The position numbers and the translations under genes are program-made. A stretch of 64,000 nt of DNA from positions 84,917 to 148,916 of the forward strand of contig CAYIAA010000001.1 in the NCBI GenBank assembly GCA_964361405.1, written 5' to 3'. The stretch comes from an uncultured Candidatus Saccharibacteria bacterium. GTDB taxonomy: Bacteria; Patescibacteriota; Minisyncoccia; Phycocordibacterales; UBA3531. This document shows positions 30,049 through 40,331 of the stretch, piece by piece; within the stretch, counting starts at the first letter, position 1; each line of letters begins with the position of its first letter. The notes beneath the pieces were generated by a model. That model ran no database searches, was not told where the DNA came from, and was given only the letters and a program-made list of their open reading frames with translations.

Positions 30049-31431
30049 ATGCGTATACATCTTTCTACTGCGAAGCCGAAAAAAGTTGCGAAAGGCGCCA
30101 TGAGCGCCTATGTTGAGCTAACCGTCGGGAAGCGGGCTCTTATGGTTCTCGATAACGGCAAACGAATTCTCCAAATTGGCGTTGATGCAAAAAAAATGAA
30201 CCGGAGAAAGCTTATTGTGCTTTTCCGGCGCATTATCTCCCTTGGAAATGCACATGGTGTTACGCACCTCGTTGTCCGGCTTGAAGATTTTTTGTTTCCA
30301 AATATTCCTGCATCCTCCGAGGAAGTGGCTCTCCTTATGACGAGCAACTTTGGTACGGCAAATTTTTCTTTTACTCAATATAAGAGTACGACGGATGATC
30401 GAACCCGTATCGAGGACGTAGTGATTCTTACCAAGAAGCCAGATCCTATCCGTTTACCCGTTCGTCGCGGGAGCATAATTTCTGACGAGGTTAATAGGTC
30501 ACGCATTGTGGCGAATACCCCGGGCGGCGAAATGACGCCCAAGGTACTTGCCGCATGGGCTCAATGTCGCGCTCTTGCGACGGGTGTCTCGGTCCAAGTT
30601 TTAGGGCGTGGGGAAATGGAGCACCTCGGTATGGGAGCGCTTCTCGGTGTTGCTCGCGGATCGGTTGAAGAACCGAAATTTATTATTGCAGAGTATCGTA
30701 ATGATGAGGGAGCACCAATCGTTCTTGTAGGGAAAGGAGTGACCTTTGACACCGGCGGGATTAATCTAAAACCCACGAATGCTCTCGCTGACATGCATAT
30801 GGATATGGCGGGGGGCTCCGCGGTTTTGTCTACTGTATTTTTAGCCGCGCGACTAAAAATAAAAAAACACCTGATTGCGCTCGTGCCGGCGGCCGAGAAT
30901 ATGCCGTCTGGTTCAAGCTATCGCCCGGGAGACATCTTGAAGAGTATGTCGGGAAAAACGATTGAGATTTTGAATACCGATGCCGAAGGAAGGGTAATCT
31001 TGGCGGATGCTTTGACATATGCTAAGCGTTATCGCCCGAGCGTTGTGATTGATGTGGCGACCTTGACCGGCGCCGCGATGGTTGCGCTCGGCACTCGAGC
31101 GTCAGCCCTTTTCACTAATGACGAAAAATTGAGAGATATTTTAATGGAAGCAGGGGAGAGTAGCGGGGAGTATCTCTGGCCCTTACCTCTCTGGGAGGAA
31201 TATGAAAGCGATGTCAAAGGTACCTTCGGTGACATTGCAAATACAGGGAAGAGTTCATACGGCGGCGCAATAAACGGCGCACTATTTCTCAAACAATTCA
31301 CGAAAGGGCTTTCACGCTGGGCACATATCGATATTGCGCCTCGGATGACGTCCGTTGAAGGGGACTATTTGGCCAAAGGCGCCACGGGAGTTCCAATCCA
31401 ACTCCTTATCCGGGCAGTCGAGATGCTTTGA
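30049..31431 (+). CDS. pepA: Leucyl aminopeptidase (M17)
   Basis: GKGVTFDTGG, DMAG, NTDAEGR, ATLTGA. Confidence 0.92.
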   Translation: MRIHLSTAKPKKVAKGAMSAYVELTVGKRALMVLDNGKRILQIGVDAKKMNRRKLIVLFRRIISLGNAHGVTHLVVRLEDFLFPNIPASSEEVALLMTSNFGTANFSFTQYKSTTDDRTRIEDVVILTKKPDPIRLPVRRGSIISDEVNRSRIVANTPGGEMTPKVLAAWAQCRALATGVSVQVLGRGEMEHLGMGALLGVARGSVEEPKFIIAEYRNDEGAPIVLVGKGVTFDTGGINLKPTNALADMHMDMAGGSAVLSTVFLAARLKIKKHLIALVPAAENMPSGSSYRPGDILKSMSGKTIEILNTDAEGRVILADALTYAKRYRPSVVIDVATLTGAAMVALGTRASALFTNDEKLRDILMEAGESSGEYLWPLPLWEEYESDVKGTFGDIANTGKSSYGGAINGALFLKQFTKGLSRWAHIDIAPRMTSVEGDYLAKGATGVPIQLLIRAVEML

Positions 31432-31471
31432 TTGACCCCGGGTTTCCATTCGTGATAGTATCGCTTCACCA

Positions 31472-31855
31472 ATGTTAATGATACGACTCCAAAGAGTTGG
31501 CAGAAAGCATGATCCGACGTTCCGCGTTGTGGTGACGGAGAAGGCGCGTGGTCCGCGGAGTGGCAGGAGTATTGAAGTACTCGGTTTCTATGACGCTCGA
31601 AGTGGAAAGCGAAACGTGAATCCCGAGCGCGTCAAATACTGGCTCGGAGAAGGAGCAAAACTCTCGGCAACCGTCCATAACTTTTTAGTTGATGCGAAAT
31701 TGCTTGATGCGAAGAAAGTGAATGTTCTTCCTAAAACGCGTCCATCACCCGTTACTCCGGCCGAAGAGGTCGTTCGAGTAGCGGATGGAAATAGCACCCC
31801 AGAAACTCCAAAAGAAGAGGAAACAAAAGAAGGCGAACCGGAGCCCGCAATTTAA
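31472..31855 (+). CDS. rpsP: 30S ribosomal protein S16
   Basis: MLMIRLQRVGRK, IEVLGFYD, YWLGEGA. Confidence 0.96.
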   Translation: MLMIRLQRVGRKHDPTFRVVVTEKARGPRSGRSIEVLGFYDARSGKRNVNPERVKYWLGEGAKLSATVHNFLVDAKLLDAKKVNVLPKTRPSPVTPAEEVVRVADGNSTPETPKEEETKEGEPEPAI

Positions 31856-32029
31856 GGATGCAGTACCAAAAAGAAGCGCTGTTGAGGGCTCTTTAGGGTT
31901 CGCTCTACTGATTTTTTTACCAACCCTTATTTTCCTTTTTAGGTTCAATGAAGTCTGCCTATCGGCAGACAGGGAAGGTAGGTCGCTCCCCAGCGGGACA
32001 TTAAAAGACCAGAGTACTCAAAGAGAATT

Positions 32030-32311
32030 ATGGCTTCCAAAGAAAGAGATGTTTTATTTCTTGAAAACGTTGTGAAGGATCTTGTTGATTATCCAGAAGA
32101 CGTCAAAGTGATGCGGACAGTGGATGAAATGGGAGTACTCCTCTCGCTTGATGTCCATAGAGATGACATGGGAAAAGTAATTGGGAGGCAGGGTAATATT
32201 GCAAAGGCCATAAGGGTCCTTCTCCGTGTCGTCGGAATGAAAAATAATGCACGGGTGAATTTAAAAATTAACGAGCCTGCCGGCCAGGCAGGCCCGCCGC
32301 TTCTACTGTAA
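32030..32311 (+). CDS. khpA: KH-domain RNA-binding protein KhpA (possible frameshift near the 3' end)
   Basis: DMGKVIGRQG KH motif; position after rpsP. Confidence 0.88.
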   Translation: MASKERDVLFLENVVKDLVDYPEDVKVMRTVDEMGVLLSLDVHRDDMGKVIGRQGNIAKAIRVLLRVVGMKNNARVNLKINEPAGQAGPPLLL

Positions 32312-32457
32312 ACATGACCAAGTCGGCCGCGGAGAACGTTGAGCAAGCGATGGAAGATTTAAAGATGTGACCAGAGGTTACGCCAGGTTGTTTGATTGAG
32401 TCGCGTCGAACCACTTGGACGCGGTTTTCTCTTACTGGTAGTGTGTAAGGTACAAAG

Positions 32458-33165
32458 ATGTCAAATAAAGACAATAAAAATAAAAAAAAGCCGCTTCGAT
32501 TCCACGTTATTACTATCTTTCCAGAGGCGCTCACTTCGTATCTTTCGTCATCTATGATGAAGCGGGCTGTTCGTAGCGGTGCTTTGGAAGTGTATTCATA
32601 TAATCCGCGTGATTTTGCGACCGAAACCAGTGAGCGCCCTGATTCGCGTCCTTATGGTGGGGGCCCAGGAATGGTGCTTAAGCCCGGACCGGTGTTGAAA
32701 GCTGTTCAGAAGGCACAGAAAAAAGCGAAAAGGGGAGGAAAAACGCGGATTATTCTTTTTAAACCCTCTGGCAAACCATTCGAAGCTAAAATGGCGCGGA
32801 GTTTTTCACAAAACTACACCGATCTCATTTTAATTGCCGGGCGTTATGAAGGGGTTGATGAACGTGTCCGGCAAATACTTAAGCCGCTTGAGCTTTCCAT
32901 TGGCCCATATATTTTAACCGGAGGAGAACTGCCAGCACTCATAGTGATTGACGCAGTAGCGAGACAACGCGAAGGTGTTCTTGGAAACCCTGAATCTTTG
33001 GAAGAGTTACGTCGAGTCGGGGACAGAGTTTACACGAGGCCATCCTCCTTCTCTTGGGAAGGCAAAACCTACCGCGTGCCCAAGGTACTCATGTCGGGGA
33101 ACCATCGGGACATTGAGTCATATCGAGCAAAGCAAGGCAGGCCGACAGGTAGGTTGACAAGATAA
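32458..33165 (+). CDS. trmD: tRNA (guanine37-N1)-methyltransferase
   Basis: RPYGGGPGMV, GRYEGVDER, SIGPYILTGGE. Confidence 0.96.
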   Translation: MSNKDNKNKKKPLRFHVITIFPEALTSYLSSSMMKRAVRSGALEVYSYNPRDFATETSERPDSRPYGGGPGMVLKPGPVLKAVQKAQKKAKRGGKTRIILFKPSGKPFEAKMARSFSQNYTDLILIAGRYEGVDERVRQILKPLELSIGPYILTGGELPALIVIDAVARQREGVLGNPESLEELRRVGDRVYTRPSSFSWEGKTYRVPKVLMSGNHRDIESYRAKQGRPTGRLTR

Positions 33166-33183
33166 CTTCCTATCGGCTATAGT
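33154..33183 (+). promoter_or_regulatory. Sigma70 promoter for rpoBC
   Basis: TTGACA-N18-TATAGT, about 245 nt upstream of the rpoB start. Confidence 0.6.
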
Positions 33184-33428
33184 GAGAGTCCTAAAGCCTG
33201 AAACCCTAAAGGCTTGTTTTATACGTTTATTTATCAGGGTTTTTCATAGCTAAAGAGAGCCTCGGAAAGTCCGAGGCAAAAAAGAGGCGTGCACCCCAAA
33301 AGGGAACGGCTGTGGATATCTTGCGTTCTCTTTTCTAACTCTCCCAGACCTTTCCGTGGCAAAACCCTTCTTACAAGATAACAGCGCTCCCGTGAAATAG
33401 GTATTACCCGTTACCTCATATCTCGCCC

Positions 33429-36400
33429 ATGCCTCGAGAGCAGAAAACATTCAAAAAATATCGTACACCACTTGCGCCTCTGCCGAACCTTGTATCGGTT
33501 CAGCTCGAGTCGTACCGCTCCCTTCTCAAATCGGGGCTCCGGGAGATTTTTGACGAATTTTCTCCGATTAAAGATTATTCGGAGGGTAAATTTGAACTCA
33601 CGTTCGGCGATCTTAAAATCGAAGAGCCTCGCTACAACGAACACTACGCGAAAGCAAATAATCTTTCCTACGACGCACCACTCAAAGTGAATGTGGTGCT
33701 TAAGAACCTTACTTTAAGGGAGGAAAAAAAGCAGGAAATTTTCATGGCGGATTTTCCGCTCATGACGGAGCATGGCACGTTCATCATTAACGGCGTCGAA
33801 AAAGTGGTTGTTCCACAGCTTGCGCGATCATTCGGCGTTTTCTTTACCGCACATGAACACAAAGGAAAAGTGCTCTTTGGCGCAAAGATAATTCCCGCTC
33901 GTGGGGCGTGGATTGAAATCGAAACCGACCCCGATGAAAGTATCTACGCGCGTATTGATCGAAAGAGAAAGTTCCCGGTGACAGCACTCCTTCGAGCACT
34001 GACGACCCCGGAGGGCGCAACGGACGAAGCAATCGCGGAGCAGTTTCGTGATGTCTCCCCGGATGCTCCTTACATCGAGCACACGCTCAAGAAAGATCAC
34101 GCAAAATCAAAAGAGGACGCGTATCTGGAAATTTACCGCAAGCTTCGCGACAGTGAGCTCATAACCGCAACGAATGCCCGAACCTACATCACCGATCTTC
34201 TTTCGACGGCGAAATACGACCTCTCTCTTGTTGGTCGATATCGTTTTAATACGCGTTTTGGAAAGGGAACTGGCGAAGAAGATTTCGAACGGCGCACCCT
34301 CTCTTTTGACGACCTCGTTACGACGATTAAACACATTATCTCGCTCAATCGAACTCCAGGAGCAGAGGCCGATGATATTGACCACATGGGACTCCGGAGA
34401 ATCCGCGCCGTCGGAGAGATGCTTCAGGCAAGAGTTCGCGTAGGATTGGCACAATTGAAGCGCAATATTCAAGATAAGATGTCTACGGTGGATACTTCTA
34501 CGACAATGCCAATTCTCATTGTCTCACCGAGACCACTCCAGGCGCGGCTGAAGGAATTTTTCAACACGAACCAGCTCTCGCAGTTCATGTCGCAGGAGAA
34601 TGTGCTCTCCGAGCTTGAGCACTTGCGCCGTCTTTCGGCGCTCGGCCCCGGGGGACTCACGCGGGAGCGCGCGGGGCTTGAGGTTCGCGACGTGCACCCC
34701 TCCCACTACGCCCGTCTGTGTCCCATCCAAACTCCGGAAGGACCAAACATCGGACTCATTCTTTCGCTCGCATCTTACGCGCGACTCAATGAATTTGGAA
34801 TCGTCGAAGCGCCGTACCGAAAAGTTTTGAACGGAAAAATCACGGATGAACTCGTGTATCTAAACGCACTCGAGGAGGAGAATTATAAAATCGCGCATGC
34901 AAGCATTTCTTACGACGAATCCGGAAAAATCCTTGCCGAGAACGTGGAAGTTCGCTTTAAAGGGAAGCCCAACTTTTTCAAGCGAGATGAAGTTGAATAT
35001 ATCGATGTCGCGGCGAATCAAGCATTCTCGATAGCAACGTCTATGATTCCGTTTCTTGAACATGACGATGCAAACCGGGCGCTCATGGGTTCGAATATGC
35101 AAAAGCAGGCGACGCCATGCGTTATCCCGGAGGCCCCTCTCGTGGCGACCGGCGTTGAAGGACGCGCAGTGCTTGATACTGGACGCGTTATTATGGCGCG
35201 CAATGCCGGCAAGGTGACGAGCGTAGACGCGCGAAAAATTACGGTAACTGGGGCGAATGGAGTCGATGAATATACACTTCTCTCAATGGTAAAGACGAAC
35301 CAGTTTACGGTAATTCAACACCGTGCCGTTGTATCTCTTGGGGCTAGCGTCAAGCGCGGAGATCTTCTTGCCGATGGGTCATCGACCGACCAAGGGCAGA
35401 TCGCCCTTGGTCAAAACGTATTTGTCGCTTTCATGTCTTGGGGAGGCGCGAACTACGAAGACGCCATTATTCTCTCCGACCGACTCGTGAAGGAGAGCAA
35501 GTTCACCAGTATTCACATCGAGGAATTTACATCGAATGTCCGGGATACAAAATTGGGACCTGAAGTAACGACGCACGACATTCCGAATGTTGGCGAAGCA
35601 AAATTAAAAGATTTGGATGAGGACGGTATCGTTCGTGTCGGTGCCGAGGTAGGGCCGGGTGATATTTTGGTTGGGAAAATTACACCGAAAGGCGAGACAG
35701 AACTTACCGCAGAGGAGCGTCTTCTCCGGTCAATTTTCGGAGAGAAAGCGCGTGATGTGAAAGATACGTCGATGCGCATGGAGCACGGGAAAAGCGGCAG
35801 GGTGGTTGGGGTTAAGATATTTTCCCGTGAGCACGGAGATAAGCTGGAATCCGGAATCATTAAGACCATCGAAGTCGAAGTTGCCCAACTCCGGAATGTT
35901 TCCGTAGGAGACAAACTTGCCGGTAGACACGGCAATAAGGGGGTTATTTCGAGAGTGCTTCCGATCGAAGACATGCCGTATATGGCCGACGGTACCCCTG
36001 TTGACGTTATCTTGACTCCGCTTGGCGTTCCTTCCCGCATGAACCTGGGTCAAATTCTTGAGATGCACTTAGGACTTGCCGCGCACGCCCTTAATTATCA
36101 AGCCATAACGCCGCCCTTCCAAGGGGCCACGGAGGATGAAATTCGCGGGGAACTCGAGCGAGCCGGATTTCCAAGAAGCGGCAAGGTGAAGCTCTATGAT
36201 GGACAGACCGGTGAGGCATTTGAGCAGGACATTGCTATCGGCTACATGTACGTAATGAAGTTGCACCACATGGTTGAAGACAAAATTCACATGCGTTCTA
36301 TTGGTCCTTATTCGCTTATCACTCAGCAACCCTTGGGAGGCAAGGCCCAAGGAGGAGGACAACGTTTCGGAGAAATGGAAGTGTGGGCACTCGAAGGTTA

Positions 36401-36590
36401 CGGCGCGGCGTATACGCTCCGTGAAATGCTTACGATCAAATCAGACGACATTAACGGACGTGCCGCGGCCTTTGACTCAATAGTGAAAGGAGAGCCACTT
36501 CGTCCGCCGGGTCTTCCAGCCTCGTTCAATGTTCTCATGTATGAATTGAAGGGTCTCGGACTTGATGTCGAACAAAAGCGGGGAGATTAA
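33429..36590 (+). CDS. rpoB: RNA polymerase beta subunit
   Basis: SQFM, RLSALGPGG, TPEGPNIG, GDKLAGRHGNKG, GQRFGEME. Confidence 0.98.
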   Translation: MPREQKTFKKYRTPLAPLPNLVSVQLESYRSLLKSGLREIFDEFSPIKDYSEGKFELTFGDLKIEEPRYNEHYAKANNLSYDAPLKVNVVLKNLTLREEKKQEIFMADFPLMTEHGTFIINGVEKVVVPQLARSFGVFFTAHEHKGKVLFGAKIIPARGAWIEIETDPDESIYARIDRKRKFPVTALLRALTTPEGATDEAIAEQFRDVSPDAPYIEHTLKKDHAKSKEDAYLEIYRKLRDSELITATNARTYITDLLSTAKYDLSLVGRYRFNTRFGKGTGEEDFERRTLSFDDLVTTIKHIISLNRTPGAEADDIDHMGLRRIRAVGEMLQARVRVGLAQLKRNIQDKMSTVDTSTTMPILIVSPRPLQARLKEFFNTNQLSQFMSQENVLSELEHLRRLSALGPGGLTRERAGLEVRDVHPSHYARLCPIQTPEGPNIGLILSLASYARLNEFGIVEAPYRKVLNGKITDELVYLNALEEENYKIAHASISYDESGKILAENVEVRFKGKPNFFKRDEVEYIDVAANQAFSIATSMIPFLEHDDANRALMGSNMQKQATPCVIPEAPLVATGVEGRAVLDTGRVIMARNAGKVTSVDARKITVTGANGVDEYTLLSMVKTNQFTVIQHRAVVSLGASVKRGDLLADGSSTDQGQIALGQNVFVAFMSWGGANYEDAIILSDRLVKESKFTSIHIEEFTSNVRDTKLGPEVTTHDIPNVGEAKLKDLDEDGIVRVGAEVGPGDILVGKITPKGETELTAEERLLRSIFGEKARDVKDTSMRMEHGKSGRVVGVKIFSREHGDKLESGIIKTIEVEVAQLRNVSVGDKLAGRHGNKGVISRVLPIEDMPYMADGTPVDVILTPLGVPSRMNLGQILEMHLGLAAHALNYQAITPPFQGATEDEIRGELERAGFPRSGKVKLYDGQTGEAFEQDIAIGYMYVMKLHHMVEDKIHMRSIGPYSLITQQPLGGKAQGGGQRFGEMEVWALEGYGAAYTLREMLTIKSDDINGRAAAFDSIVKGEPLRPPGLPASFNVLMYELKGLGLDVEQKRGD

Positions 36591-36602
36591 AAGTATAGTG
36601 CA

Positions 36603-39600
36603 ATGAGAAATACAAAGACCGTTGAAGAGGTGCCAGTACAAATCGTGAAACGCCGAGAGCAGTCCGATTTCGGCGCGATTTCACTCAAACTTGCATCCCC
36701 AGAGAAAATCCGCGAGTGGTCTTTTGGCGAAGTAACGAAGCCGGAAACCATCAACTACCGCACCCAGCGTTCCGAGCGAGGGGGACTTTTTGATGAGAGA
36801 ATTTTCGGCCCGGAGAAAGATTACGAATGTTATTGTGGAAAATATCGTCGTATCCGTTACAAAAATATCGTCTGCGAGAAATGCGGTGTTGAGGTGACGA
36901 GAAGCATCGTGCGTCGCGAGCGAATGGGGCATATCGAGCTTGCGAGCCCGGTTGCGCACATCTGGTTTTTGCGCGGTATTCCTTCTCGAATTGGCATGCT
37001 TTTAAACGTTTCCCTCACCGATCTTGAGAAAGTCATTTATTTTGCGGGGCATATTGTGATGAGCGTGAATGAAGGAGAGCGGGCTCGTATGCTGGAAGAA
37101 CTCGATCGGGAGTACAAATCAAAAATAAAATCGATTAAGACCGCGGAAGACAAAGAACGTATCAAAGACCAACTCTCGCAGGTAAAGAAAGAAATTGAAG
37201 GGATTCGGGTTGGTCTTGTTTTGGATGAAGCGAATTATCACCACTATGTTCTTAAATATGGAAGTGTTTTCGAGGCGGGCATCGGCGCTGAAGCACTCTC
37301 AAATCTTTCGAAGCGTCTTAACTTTGAAGAATTAAAGGTTGAGCTCGCTCAAACACTCGAAACTGCGAGTTCAACCGAAAAACCGAAAGTGAGACGACGT
37401 CTCAATCTCATAAAGACAATGCTCCGCGCGGGAGTGAAACCGGAATGGATGTTTCTCTCGGTAATCCCGGTAATTCCCCCGGCCTTGCGCCCTATGGTGC
37501 CGCTCGACGGAGGGAGGCATGCAACCTCCGACATTAACGATCTTTACCGACGCGTCATTAATAGGAACAACCGTCTCAAGAAACTTATCTTACTCCATGC
37601 TCCGGATGTTATTTTGCGCAATGAAAAAAGAATTCTTCAGGAAGCCGTGGACGCCCTCATCGACAATTCTATTCGCCGTGGGTCGGAAGGTGCCATGAAT
37701 CAAAGCCAGCGCAGACCACTCAAATCTATTGCCGATATGTTGAAAGGAAAGCAGGGTCGCTTCAGGCAGAACCTTCTCGGGAAACGGGTGGATTATTCCG
37801 GGCGTAGCGTTATCGTTGTCGGCCCCGATCTCCGGCTTGATCAGTGTGGTCTGCCTAAGCATATGGCGCTCGAACTATTCAAACCATTCGTCATCTCGAA
37901 ACTCCTCGAGCGTGAGCTCGCATTCAATATTCGCGGAGCCAATCGCTTGATTGACGAAGGCATTCCGGATGTATGGGTGATTCTCGAGAAAGTCATTAAG
38001 GATAAATATGTTCTCTTAAATCGAGCTCCCACACTCCACCGTCTTGGTATCCAGGCATTCAAGCCGATTTTGATTGAAGGAAATGCAATCCAAATTCATC
38101 CGCTTGTCTGTACTGCGTTTAATGCCGACTTTGACGGAGACCAGATGGCGGTGCATGTTCCGCTCTCCTATGAGGCACAGAGGGAAGCGAAAATACTCCT
38201 CGCGGCAAACACGAACTTGCTGAAACCCGGAAACGGCGATCCGATTGTGAATCCGAAACTCGATATGGTGCTCGGTTGCTATTGGATGACCAAGGTTGTC
38301 GCTCTCGAGAAAGGGGAGGGGAAATACTTCCAAAGCCCGAACTCTGCAATCAATGCCTATGATTTTGGACATGTCGGTTTTCGCGCACTTATTAAAGTCA
38401 TGGGGACCGACAAGCCAAAATACGCGGAGTTCGGTGGTGGTGTTTTTGAGACATCTGTAGGAAGGATTCTTTTCAACAGCATTCTTCCCGAAGATTTTCC
38501 GTACATCAATTCCCCGGTCACGATGAAAGAAATCACTGGAATCATTGAAAGGCTCATCATCCGCTATGGAATCGGGAACATTACCAGCGTTCTCGATAAG
38601 ATAAAAGATTTCGGATTCCGTTACGCCATGCGTAGCGGCGTTACCTGGGGAATAGACGATTTGCCCGTAATCCCCGAGAAACCGGCGATTATAGAGGTGG
38701 CAGCGGCAAAGGTGCGCGACATCGAAGGAAATTTCGAGAACGGTCTTCTTTCGGAAGATGAACGCTACCGTATGGTAATCGAAGTATGGAGTGCCGCTAA
38801 AAACGAAATCGAGGAACTCATCCCCGGAGCGCTTAACCCGAACGGCTCGGTGCACGACCTTTTGATATCGAAGGCGCGGGGATCAATCACGAACTTAAGT
38901 CAGATGACTGGAATGAAAGGGTTGATTCAAAATACCGCGTCACAGACCATTGATTTCCCCATCATTCCTTCATACCGCGAAGGTCTCTCTCCACTTGAGT
39001 ACTTTATAACGACACACGGTTCGCGAAAGGGCCTTGCTGACACCGCTCTTCAAACCGCAAAAGCTGGCTATCTGACGCGTAAGATGGTTGATGTTGCACA
39101 GGACGTCATTGTTTTACTTGAGGATTGCGGCGACCGGGAAGGACGGCTCTATTCGAAGGACGATATTTCTGGTTTTGATGTCGGTATTGCAAGCAATGTG
39201 AACGGGAGGGTTCTCGCAAAGTCAGTCGCGGATGAGAAAGGAAAGACGATTTTCCCGCGAGGGCATTTGCTCTCGAAGCGCGACGCGGAGGAACTTGAAT
39301 CACTCGGCGTTACGGAGGTTCACGTGCGATCTCCAATTACTTGTAGAGCGGAAAGAGGTGTGTGTCGGCGTTGTTATGGGCTCGACTTGGGGAGAAATAA
39401 GTTGGTTGAAATCGGCGAAGCTGTCGGTATTATCGCCGCTCAAGCTATCGGCGAACCCGGAACACAGCTCACGATGCGGACATTTCATACCGGCGGCGTC
39501 GCTTCAGCGAGCGGAGATATCACCATGGGGTTGCCGCGTGTTGAAGAAATTTTTGAAGCGCGTACTCCGAAGTATGGAGCATTGATTGCGCTTGAGGCTG

Positions 39601-40310
39601 GTGTAGTGATCGAAATCAAAACCGAGGGATTGGACAAGATTCTTATCGTTGCGGAGCTAGAGGGGAAAGGTAAGAAGAAAAAAGATGCAATTGCCGAATA
39701 TCGTTGTTTATATCCCCGAGCCCTCTATCCGAAGGTGGGAGCGGAAATCAAGAAGGGAGATGTTCTTTCGGACGGTCCAGTCGATTTGGAAGATCTTTTC
39801 GAGCTCGGCGGGAGACGTAAGACGGAAAACTATATCTTAAACGAAGTGAGCGAAATTTATGAACTTTTCGGCGCTTCGATAGCGCGTAAACATATTGAGG
39901 TAATCATTAAAAAAATGTTTTCGCGTTTCAAAGTTACCGATGCCGGGGAAACGAAGTTCGTTGAGGGTGAAATTGTCGATCTCGAAGTTTTATCAGAGGA
40001 AAATGACATTACCACTCGTGCTGGCGGATCTCCGGCAAAGGCCGAAATCGTCCTTCGCGGCATTTCCGATGTCGCACTTTCGACGACAAGCTTCCTTTCT
40101 TCTGCATCATTCCAGAACACGACTAAGGTATTGATTGAGAGCGCTGTCAGCGGGAAAATCGACCGACTGAAGGGTCTTAAGGAAAACGTTATCGTCGGGC
40201 GTCTGATACCCGCAGGCACAGGACTCCGAAGAAGCTATTTCGGCGTTCTCGAAGACGAAGTCGTTTTGCCTATTGAAACAAACCTTCCAGAAAAGAAAGA
40301 AGAATCGTAA
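36603..40310 (+). CDS. rpoC: RNA polymerase beta' subunit
   Basis: Zinc ribbon, RQNLLGKRVDYSGR, NADFDGD, IGEPGTQLTMRTFH. Confidence 0.98.
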   Translation: MRNTKTVEEVPVQIVKRREQSDFGAISLKLASPEKIREWSFGEVTKPETINYRTQRSERGGLFDERIFGPEKDYECYCGKYRRIRYKNIVCEKCGVEVTRSIVRRERMGHIELASPVAHIWFLRGIPSRIGMLLNVSLTDLEKVIYFAGHIVMSVNEGERARMLEELDREYKSKIKSIKTAEDKERIKDQLSQVKKEIEGIRVGLVLDEANYHHYVLKYGSVFEAGIGAEALSNLSKRLNFEELKVELAQTLETASSTEKPKVRRRLNLIKTMLRAGVKPEWMFLSVIPVIPPALRPMVPLDGGRHATSDINDLYRRVINRNNRLKKLILLHAPDVILRNEKRILQEAVDALIDNSIRRGSEGAMNQSQRRPLKSIADMLKGKQGRFRQNLLGKRVDYSGRSVIVVGPDLRLDQCGLPKHMALELFKPFVISKLLERELAFNIRGANRLIDEGIPDVWVILEKVIKDKYVLLNRAPTLHRLGIQAFKPILIEGNAIQIHPLVCTAFNADFDGDQMAVHVPLSYEAQREAKILLAANTNLLKPGNGDPIVNPKLDMVLGCYWMTKVVALEKGEGKYFQSPNSAINAYDFGHVGFRALIKVMGTDKPKYAEFGGGVFETSVGRILFNSILPEDFPYINSPVTMKEITGIIERLIIRYGIGNITSVLDKIKDFGFRYAMRSGVTWGIDDLPVIPEKPAIIEVAAAKVRDIEGNFENGLLSEDERYRMVIEVWSAAKNEIEELIPGALNPNGSVHDLLISKARGSITNLSQMTGMKGLIQNTASQTIDFPIIPSYREGLSPLEYFITTHGSRKGLADTALQTAKAGYLTRKMVDVAQDVIVLLEDCGDREGRLYSKDDISGFDVGIASNVNGRVLAKSVADEKGKTIFPRGHLLSKRDAEELESLGVTEVHVRSPITCRAERGVCRRCYGLDLGRNKLVEIGEAVGIIAAQAIGEPGTQLTMRTFHTGGVASASGDITMGLPRVEEIFEARTPKYGALIALEAGVVIEIKTEGLDKILIVAELEGKGKKKKDAIAEYRCLYPRALYPKVGAEIKKGDVLSDGPVDLEDLFELGGRRKTENYILNEVSEIYELFGASIARKHIEVIIKKMFSRFKVTDAGETKFVEGEIVDLEVLSEENDITTRAGGSPAKAEIVLRGISDVALSTTSFLSSASFQNTTKVLIESAVSGKIDRLKGLKENVIVGRLIPAGTGLRRSYFGVLEDEVVLPIETNLPEKKEES

Positions 40311-40331
40311 GAGGATTACCCACCCGCACCC

